A DNA stretch of 32,000 nt from Geotalea uraniireducens Rf4. Lineage in GTDB: Bacteria; Desulfobacterota; Desulfuromonadia; Geobacterales; Geobacteraceae. A model generated the notes under the pieces. It was not told the origin of the DNA, did no database searches, and saw only the letters and a program-made list of their open reading frames with translations. Position 1 is the stretch's first letter; every line of letters begins with the position of its first letter. The stretch is from positions 1,500,001-1,532,000 of the forward strand of contig NC_009483.1 of assembly GCF_000016745.1 (NCBI RefSeq), given 5' to 3'. A program made the translations under genes and the position numbers. Shown one piece after another: positions 9,203 through 15,637 of this stretch.

Positions 9203-9534
9203 TCAAGAACCTGAACGATAGAGAAGAGTTGGCCCTGCGGGATTTTCTGACCAAGGTTGCTCAGCGCTTCGGGGGCAACTACCTCTACAGCCTCATGTTC
9301 GGCTCCAAGGCTCGCGGCGATGCCCACGAAGGTTCCGACCTCGATGTGGCTGTGGTCATGCAAGATGCCGATTTCGAGACCAAGCGCGCCATCTACGCCA
9401 TTGCCTACGACGAACTGCTGGAAAACGAGGTGGATATCTCGCCGGTCATCTTCTCGCGGGATGTGTTCGAGCGCCAGAAAGCCGCTCACTTTCCGTTGCT
9501 TCGTGAGATCGAACGGGACATGGTGCCGTTGTAA
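9199..9534 (+). CDS. Minimal nucleotidyltransferase (MNT-type antitoxin of MNT/HEPN modules)
   Basis: [19 protein letters not shown] matches the GSxxRG...SDxD NTase motif. AAGGAG sits 6 nt upstream of the ATG. 111 aa. Confidence 0.8.
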   Translation: MIKNLNDREELALRDFLTKVAQRFGGNYLYSLMFGSKARGDAHEGSDLDVAVVMQDADFETKRAIYAIAYDELLENEVDISPVIFSRDVFERQKAAHFPLLREIERDMVPL

Positions 9535-9542
9535 ACGATCCC

Positions 9543-9944
9543 CTGCTCACCGATGATCCAATTGTCTTCCTGATCCAACGGGGCAACGACTCTCTCAAGA
9601 GCGCCGAGGCGCTGGTCGAACTGGACCTCATCCTCGACGGCCTCTCCCGCGCCTACTACGCCGCGCTGCACCATGCACGGGCGCTGCTGCTCTCCATGGA
9701 CATCATCCCCAAAAGTCACAAAGGCACGCTTACACTCTTTTCCTTGCATTTCATCAAGACCGGCATCATCCCCAAGGAGATCGGGGTTATCTTCTCGATC
9801 CTGCAGAAGATCAGGGAGGATTCGGATTATGAGATCGGGACGTTTTACGAGCGGGATGAAGCGGAGAGGCTTCTGGAGGATACCAGGCTGTTTTGCAGGA
9901 CGGTGGTGGCTGTGCTGAAGGCGAGTGGTAAAGGTATGTTATGA
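9543..9944 (+). CDS. HEPN-domain protein (toxin partner of the MNT); start codon unresolved
   Basis: Frame 3 is open from 9507. HEPN-like sequence SLKSAEALVELDLILDGLSRAYYAALHHARALLLS precedes the first ATG at 9696. KIREDSDY lies in the C-terminal half. There is no in-frame ATG, GTG or TTG between 9507 and 9695. Confidence 0.6.
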   Translation: MLTDDPIVFLIQRGNDSLKSAEALVELDLILDGLSRAYYAALHHARALLLSMDIIPKSHKGTLTLFSLHFIKTGIIPKEIGVIFSILQKIREDSDYEIGTFYERDEAERLLEDTRLFCRTVVAVLKASGKGML

Positions 9945-9980
9945 GCTTGGGAAATATGGGAAGTGTCCCGCTTTTTCCCG

Positions 9981-10052
9981 AGCGGGGAAGGGTATTTCCG
10001 GTTGTCGGCCTTCGGCCATCGTGAGAATGTGATTGAGGCGGTGGAGAGGATA
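9981..10052 (+). repeat. 72-bp direct repeat, right copy
   Basis: See 9113-9184. The two copies start 868 bp apart and bracket the MNT/HEPN pair. Confidence 0.95.
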
Positions 10053-10070
10053 AAGATGAATTTGAAGTAA
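9981..10070 (+). pseudogene. Second copy of the aminotransferase 3' end, here with an apparently native C-terminus and terminator
   Basis: Reads [28 protein letters not shown], followed by a hairpin and a T-run. Confidence 0.7.
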
Positions 10071-10083
10071 GATGAAATTGAAC

Positions 10084-10110
10084 GACGGCCAATAAGGCCG
10101 CCTTTTGTAA
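10084..10110 (+). terminator. Putative intrinsic terminator after the aminotransferase remnant
   Basis: CGGCC-AATAA-GGCCG stem-loop followed by CCTTTTGTAATAATTTTT. The stem is only ~5-6 bp. Confidence 0.4.
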
Positions 10111-10134
10111 TAATTTTTACGTTGAGAGGTGAAA

Positions 10135-10467
10135 ATGAGAGCGACTGTAGAAGGAAGAGGGATTGCGCATCTTATTCATTTTACAAGGTTCGAAAACCTC
10201 AACAGCATCCTTCAGCATGGCATTAGGCCAAGACAAGTTCTTGATGCTGGTGGAGAAGAATACATATTTAACGATGAGCTGAGGCTTGACGGATGCCTGG
10301 ATGCAGTTTCACTCTCTATTAGTTTCCCAAATTATAAAATGTTTTACCCTTATAGATGTCAAGATTATTCAATAAATTGGGCTGTGTTGAGGCTAAAGTC
10401 TTCGATTTTGTGGGACCGAATTCCGGGGACGGACCGAATTCCCGAATTCCGGGGACACCATACTTAA
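10135..10467 (+). pseudogene. N-terminal fragment of a DUF4433/DarT-like ADP-ribosyltransferase toxin gene
   Basis: GIAHLIHFTRFENLNSILQHGI matches the DUF4433 N-terminal motif. Recognisable sequence ends near residue 95 and runs into a tandem repeat. About half the usual length, with no C-terminal catalytic region. AT-rich. Confidence 0.5.
10413..10456. repeat. Tandem duplication at the DarT-like truncation point
   Basis: GGACCGAATTCCGGGGAC is followed by GGACCGAATTC and then CCGAATTCCGGGGAC. Confidence 0.8.
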
Positions 10468-10470
10468 TTC

Positions 10471-10491
10471 AAAAAGCGGCCAATCGGCCGC
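10471..10491 (-). terminator. Intrinsic terminator of the Fic gene
   Basis: The minus strand reads GCGGCC-GATT-GGCCGC followed by TTTTT, 16 nt after the Fic stop codon. Confidence 0.6.
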
Positions 10492-10506
10492 CTCTGCTGT
10501 TTCAAT

Positions 10507-11556
10507 CTATCTCCCCACCGAATACCACGTCCCCTTACCTGTCCCATGCTGCTCCAGATACCCCTGCTGAACCAGTTGGCGCAGATGCAGCTTGACGGTG
10601 TTGCGATTGGCGGCCAGAAGAGTTACTGCATCGGCAATAGTGATCCTGCCACGCTCCCTGGCGATTGCCAGCATCTTTTCCTCCAGCGGCGCCAGTTTCT
10701 CCAGTAACTGTTCGCGCTCAATCTTGCCGAGCAGGACGTCTTTCTGCTTTTTCAGGCTGGTCAGGAAGAAACGCAGCCAGTTATCGAGATTTTCCTCTTC
10801 GCTCCGGATCAGCTTCTGTGATGCCCGCAGCGCCCGGTAATAACCATCCTTGTTTTCCTCCACGATCCTCTCCAGTGAACTGTACGGCACATGACGGTAG
10901 CCGCTCTGCAGGAGCAGCAGGGTGGTCAGGACACGGGAAAGACGGCCGTTGCCGTCCTGGAACGGGTGGATGGCCAGAAAATGGACGACAAACGCGCCGA
11001 TCACCAGAAGCGGATGCAGTTCTCCTTCCCGCAGGGCGGCCACCGTTCCGCTGACCAGTTCCGCCATCAGTCGCGGGGTGTCGAAAGGGGACGCTGTCTC
11101 GAAAATAACGCCGATGCTCCTGCCATCGGCATCAAAGGCCTCCACGTTGTTAGGCAGTGTCTTGTACTCCCCCCGGTGGGCAGCATCCTTTGTGCTGTAC
11201 TTCAGGGTAATGCCGTGGAGCTGCTTGATATGATTCTCGGTAAAGGGGATATACTCCCATGAATCATGGAGCGTATTCATCGCTTCGGCATAACCGGCAA
11301 CCTCCTCTTCATCACGGGAGCGGAACGGGCGCATTTCCAGATTCGCCAACAGCGCTTCAACCTGAAGGTCGGACAGCCTGGCTCCCTCGATCCTGGTGGA
11401 TGATCCCACGGATTCAATGGTTGCCACTCGTTTGAGCGACGTGAGCTTGTCCGGCGCCAGACGGCCGAGCATGTCCCAGCGCCCCTTGAATTCGTCAAGT
11501 TCGGCGATAAGGTTCAGTATCTGGCTAGTGATGCTGATTGATGAGGTTCTGATCAC
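10507..11556 (-). CDS. Fic-family protein (Fic_N + Fic core + C-terminal winged-helix)
   Basis: HPFQDGNGRLSR matches the Fic motif HxFx(D/E)GNGRxxR. The N-terminal SSTRIEG fits the (S/T)xxxE(G/N) inhibitory-helix motif. GTG start sits 9 nt after AGGAG. Confidence 0.85.
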   Translation of the reverse strand: MIRTSSISITSQILNLIAELDEFKGRWDMLGRLAPDKLTSLKRVATIESVGSSTRIEGARLSDLQVEALLANLEMRPFRSRDEEEVAGYAEAMNTLHDSWEYIPFTENHIKQLHGITLKYSTKDAAHRGEYKTLPNNVEAFDADGRSIGVIFETASPFDTPRLMAELVSGTVAALREGELHPLLVIGAFVVHFLAIHPFQDGNGRLSRVLTTLLLLQSGYRHVPYSSLERIVEENKDGYYRALRASQKLIRSEEENLDNWLRFFLTSLKKQKDVLLGKIEREQLLEKLAPLEEKMLAIARERGRITIADAVTLLAANRNTVKLHLRQLVQQGYLEQHGTGKGTWYSVGR

Positions 11557-11569
11557 AAGTTTAAGCTCC

Positions 11570-11641
11570 TACCCGAAACAGTACCCGAAAATACCCGTAA
11601 ATGCAATTGAAATTACCCATAAACATACCCATAAATACCCT
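11570..11641. repeat. Six helically phased TACCC(G/A/T) hexamers immediately upstream of the Fic start
   Basis: Hexamers start at 11570, 11582, 11592, 11614, 11626 and 11636. Spacings are 12, 10, 22, 12 and 10 nt, giving two triplets 44 nt apart. Confidence 0.8.
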
Positions 11642-11660
11642 TATGGTTTCTGATGCAATC

Positions 11661-11751
11661 ACAGATCAACATTATTGCTAAATACGGTAATCAAATATTG
11701 TCAAGTTTAGCAATGTTTTGTAAATTGTTAAATAGGACAACAGAGCAGCTG
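11661..11751 (+). promoter_or_regulatory. Conserved block upstream of the sigma-54 activator gene (duplicate of 7724-7815); candidate enhancer/operator region
   Basis: Shares CTAAATACGGTAATCA and TTGTTAAATAGGACAA (11725-11740; compare TTGTTAAATATGACAA at 7788-7803) with the left copy. Confidence 0.45.
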
Positions 11752-11780
11752 CCGTCAGGTACCTCATAGGGAGAAATAGC

Positions 11781-13310
11781 ATGGCCGTCAGCAGAGATGA
11801 ATTTTTCAGAGAAGTTACCCTCAGGATTTGCAGCAGCCTCCAGATCAACACCGCATTCGGACGAGTGTTCGAGTATCTGCGGGAGCATTTCCCTATGGAC
11901 CACATGTTCCTTGATATCACGGACAAAAGCCTCGGGGTGATTCGCCATATAGCCGTTGCCACTATCGGTACCAAGACCCCCGAGGAGATAATTACTATCC
12001 CTGAAGGGCTCTGGGAATGGGTAAGGAAACTGCAGGTCCCATTTATCCTGACCCCTTCAGATCAGGATGATCGTATTCGAGCATTTGCCCCCCTCATCAA
12101 GCTTGAAGGGCACTCGGATCTGTCGATGCCGCTCAGGATAGAAGAGGAGCTTATCGGATTCCTGGTCCTCCGTGCCAGAGGTGAAGGGAAATTTACTCCC
12201 GAACATGTGGAGTTGCTGGCGACTGTCGCCGAGCCGTTCGCAATAGCACTGGCCAATGTGTTGGCCCACGAGGAAGTAATAAAATACCGGGACATCCTTA
12301 TCGACGATAACCGTTTTCTGAACAGGGAGATTCTTTCCTCGGCGGGCGACGATATTGTCGGAGGGAATTCAGGGCTACGCAATGTGATGGAGATGGTCCG
12401 TCAGGTGGCACCACTAAGCAATACGGTGCTCTTGATGGGGGAAACTGGAACGGGGAAGGAAGTCATTGCCAACGCGATACATTTTGCGTCGCCCCGCAAG
12501 GATGGCCCATTTATCAAGGTCAACTGCGGTGCCATCCCGGAAAGCCTCATCGATAGCGAGTTGTTCGGCCACGAAAAGGGCGCGTTCACAGGTGCGGTTG
12601 CGGCAAAGCGGGGGCGCTTCGAGCGGGCCTCAGGCGGCACCATCTTTCTCGACGAGATCGGCGAACTTCCGCCCCAGGCCCAGGTGCGGCTTCTCCGGGT
12701 GCTTCAAAACCGCGAGATTGAGCGTGTTGGAGGAAGCAAGCCGATCTCCGTTGATATCCGGGTAATCGCCGCCACCCACCGCAACCTGGAACGCATGGTT
12801 TCGGAAAACCGTTTCCGTGAAGACCTCTGGTTCCGCCTGAATGTCTTCCCGATCATCGTCCCCCCTTTGAGGCAGCGGAAAGACGATGTCCCTGCCCTCA
12901 CACGCCATTTTGTGGAACTGAAAAGCCGGGAACTGGGGATAGCTACCCCCCCCGCCATTGCACCCGGTGCGCTGGAAAGACTTATGAACTACGGCTGGCC
13001 GGGAAATGTCCGGGAACTGGAAAACCTGGTGGAGAGGGAACTGATCCGACATCGGGGCGGACAACTGAGATTCGATTCTCTGTTGCCAAGCGAGAGAGGT
13101 GGCGAAACACAACCCGTCACGGAAGGGAAAAGTGGCGGCCCGTTAAACCTCGACGAAGCGATGTCCTTGCATATCGGTAAGGTTCTCAAGATGACCAAAG
13201 GGAAGATTCACGGTCCGGGTGGCGCGGCGGAATTGCTTGGCATCAATCCGAACACGCTGAGGGGGCGAATGAACAAGCTTGGCATAATTTACGGGCGAGT
13301 AAGAAGGTAA
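11781..13310 (+). CDS. Sigma-54-dependent transcriptional activator (GAF sensor + AAA+ + Fis-type HTH)
   Basis: Contains GETGTGKE (Walker A), GAFTGA (sigma-54 contact loop), IFLDEIGEL and a C-terminal AAELLGINPNTLRGRMNKLGI helix-turn-helix. GGGAGA RBS upstream. Confidence 0.9.
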   Translation: MAVSRDEFFREVTLRICSSLQINTAFGRVFEYLREHFPMDHMFLDITDKSLGVIRHIAVATIGTKTPEEIITIPEGLWEWVRKLQVPFILTPSDQDDRIRAFAPLIKLEGHSDLSMPLRIEEELIGFLVLRARGEGKFTPEHVELLATVAEPFAIALANVLAHEEVIKYRDILIDDNRFLNREILSSAGDDIVGGNSGLRNVMEMVRQVAPLSNTVLLMGETGTGKEVIANAIHFASPRKDGPFIKVNCGAIPESLIDSELFGHEKGAFTGAVAAKRGRFERASGGTIFLDEIGELPPQAQVRLLRVLQNREIERVGGSKPISVDIRVIAATHRNLERMVSENRFREDLWFRLNVFPIIVPPLRQRKDDVPALTRHFVELKSRELGIATPPAIAPGALERLMNYGWPGNVRELENLVERELIRHRGGQLRFDSLLPSERGGETQPVTEGKSGGPLNLDEAMSLHIGKVLKMTKGKIHGPGGAAELLGINPNTLRGRMNKLGIIYGRVRR

Positions 13311-13485
13311 ATGCCGCTTTTCATCAAGTCCTAACAGGATCACATGATTGAAGATCCTGTTACGCTATCTCGACATGCGGAAGGCATCGTCACGCCGATT
13401 TATGTAAATTCTTACCAAGTGTTGTAACTTCAGCTAGCGGAAGATTGGACCTAATCAGGAATGCTTTTTCCGGGATAAGACGATA

Positions 13486-14616
13486 TCAGTTTGCGGACAG
13501 GCGGGGCACGTGCTTCGCCTGTTTTTGTTTGTGATGCTTGTCGCGGAAGGATGAAGCCAGGCAGGTGAACTGAAACCAGAACCGGACAAGAAGGGCTGTC
13601 AGCAGCCTGCCGGGAGCATGGTCGGTGAGGCGGTCAAGGTAGCGGTCGTAGAATTCCAGGCACGGGGTGCTCCCTTCTCCCGGCTCAATGCCGCGCTGGA
13701 AATTGCGGTGCGTGTCCAATGCCAGGGCCAGTTGCCAGGCGTTTGCGCGCACATAGGTGCCGGTGGCATACCAGAGCCGGAGTTGGTCCATCCAGGACAA
13801 GGCTTTGATCTGTTGTCTGAATCTGCTGAAAAAGGGGGACAGTTGCAATTGCCGGCAGTGGTCCTGACAGCTGTAAATAGCGGGGATTTCGAGGAGAAAG
13901 TCCTCCCGGCCGATGGCTGCGAAGTTGAGGATGATGGCGTTCAGTGTCTGCCGTTCGGCAAGACCTTCGCGTTCCAAACGCCGGGCCGAGGTGTGGATTT
14001 CGGCGGGTAGGAGCAGCCAGCTCCCCTTTTGGCGGATAGCCTCGGCCATCCTCGTGTCTTCCAATATGGGGAGCGATTCGTCGAATGGCCCAGCTTCATC
14101 GAAAAACGATCGCCGCAGGAGGAGCCCCTGATCGCCGTGGGTGCATTCCCTGCGGTGCAGGCGGGCTTTGCATTCGTAGTGATAGTATCCATGGGAGCGG
14201 CTGTCGCATCGGCGGACAAAGCGCAGGGCAAAGTGTCCCGCCAGATGGTCGTTTCCGTTTTTCGCCACTGCCGCATCCAGGGTGTCGAGACCGCTGCGGA
14301 GGGCATGGCGGTCGGTGAAGGAGGAGTCGGCGTGGAGGAACAGCAGCGTCTTGCTTCTGCTTGCAGCTGCGCCGGCATTGAGCTGCCGGCCGCGCCCCTT
14401 GCCGGAATGGATGACGGAAACGGGAAAGGGGGCGTCTTCTGACAATGCCCATATTTTTGTTACCGTTGTGTCAACAGAACCGCCGTCGCAGATGATGAGC
14501 TCAAGCGCCACCTCGGACTGTTCGGCCAGGGTGCGGAACAGCCCGCCAACTATGCCTGCCTCGTTGTAGACCGGCACGATAATGGATATTTCGGGTTCAA
14601 CTGCCGCTCTGTCCAT
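13486..14616 (-). CDS. Family 2 glycosyltransferase with a C-terminal extension
   Basis: ISIIVPVYNEAG...LELIICDGGSVDTT...GRGRQLNAGA...LLFLHADS is a GT-A fold pattern. 376 aa. Confidence 0.75.
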   Translation of the reverse strand: MDRAAVEPEISIIVPVYNEAGIVGGLFRTLAEQSEVALELIICDGGSVDTTVTKIWALSEDAPFPVSVIHSGKGRGRQLNAGAAASRSKTLLFLHADSSFTDRHALRSGLDTLDAAVAKNGNDHLAGHFALRFVRRCDSRSHGYYHYECKARLHRRECTHGDQGLLLRRSFFDEAGPFDESLPILEDTRMAEAIRQKGSWLLLPAEIHTSARRLEREGLAERQTLNAIILNFAAIGREDFLLEIPAIYSCQDHCRQLQLSPFFSRFRQQIKALSWMDQLRLWYATGTYVRANAWQLALALDTHRNFQRGIEPGEGSTPCLEFYDRYLDRLTDHAPGRLLTALLVRFWFQFTCLASSFRDKHHKQKQAKHVPRLSAN

Positions 14617-14626
14617 ATCTCTCTTT

Positions 14627-15571
14627 TTACTGTACCAGGTTGTCCGCCCTTGATACGAGGTCGGGCAGATCAGGCTTTGTCAGGATGTCGTTGGCGCCGA
14701 GAGTTTTCCATTTATTCTTGTTGTCTTCGGTGGCCAGCGAAGAGAAGATGACAATAGGCAGCTCCTTGAGCCCATCTTCTTTCCTGATCAGCGAGGTCAG
14801 GTGCAGACCGTCCATTTTCGGCATTTCCACATCGGTGATGATCAGGTCCAATTCGCTTTTGAAGCTTGTCTGTGCGGTTCGGCAACGATTCAGCTTGTTG
14901 GTCAGGATGTTCCATGCCTCCTCTCCGTTTTCCGCTTCTTCCACGTTGTAGCCTGCCTGTCGCAGGGAGCCGCAGATGGTGTGGCGGATAAAGGCGGAGT
15001 CGTCGGCAACAAGAATGTTCTTTTGTCCCCTGTCGAATGTGGATCTCATTTCAAGTTGCCCCTGGCTCATGTGTTCCATGACGTCGTTGGAACAGAGTTC
15101 ACCGATGATCTTTTCAAAATCGAGGATGAGGATGATGCGGTCATCCATTTTAACGACGCCGGTAACTTTCGAGTCGTTGATGGTTTTTACCGGCGGTTCG
15201 ACGCATCCCCATGAAATACGGTAGATTCGCGACACCGAGTGGACGAGGATGCCGACGATGATCCGGTTGAATTCCAGGACGATTACCCGGTCAGCCACGA
15301 GGCCATCGGCGTTTTTGTTGAGGACGGTGGCCAGGTCGATGAGGGTGATTACCTTGTCGCGCAACTTGGTCATACCGTAGATTGCAGGGTTGGGGTTAAT
15401 GATTTTCCGCATGTTCGGCAGGCGGATTATTTCGCGCACCTTGGCGACGTTTACCCCGAAATAACAGGGAATAACTTTACCGGCAGCGTCAAGCTCATCG
15501 ACCCTGAACTCTACTACCTCCAGCTCATTGGTGTCGCTTTCCAGCAGAATGTTGTTGTTTTTAGTTTCCAT
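14627..15571 (-). CDS. cheV: Chemotaxis coupling protein CheV (CheW-like domain + receiver domain)
   Basis: The N-terminal part is CheW-like. The C-terminal ILVADDSAFIR...DLIITDVEMPKMDG...K is a phospho-receiver domain. Confidence 0.85.
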   Translation of the reverse strand: METKNNNILLESDTNELEVVEFRVDELDAAGKVIPCYFGVNVAKVREIIRLPNMRKIINPNPAIYGMTKLRDKVITLIDLATVLNKNADGLVADRVIVLEFNRIIVGILVHSVSRIYRISWGCVEPPVKTINDSKVTGVVKMDDRIILILDFEKIIGELCSNDVMEHMSQGQLEMRSTFDRGQKNILVADDSAFIRHTICGSLRQAGYNVEEAENGEEAWNILTNKLNRCRTAQTSFKSELDLIITDVEMPKMDGLHLTSLIRKEDGLKELPIVIFSSLATEDNKNKWKTLGANDILTKPDLPDLVSRADNLVQ

Positions 15572-15637
15572 AGGGTTCTCTCTTTGTCGTGGATTTTCCC
15601 TTGCTTCCTATTAATATCGGCAGCAGACGGTAAAAGC

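Noticed and set aside
11645-11670. Possible sigma-54 promoter for the Fic gene (minus strand TTGATCTGTGATTGCA)
   Set aside because: The -24 box has TG instead of the essential GG dinucleotide.
13332-13362. 10-bp perfect hairpin (TAACAGGATC-N11-GATCCTGTTA) between the convergent activator and glycosyltransferase genes, considered as a terminator
   Set aside because: No U-run follows on either strand. It may still be a Rho-dependent or stabilising structure, but I cannot support a terminator call.
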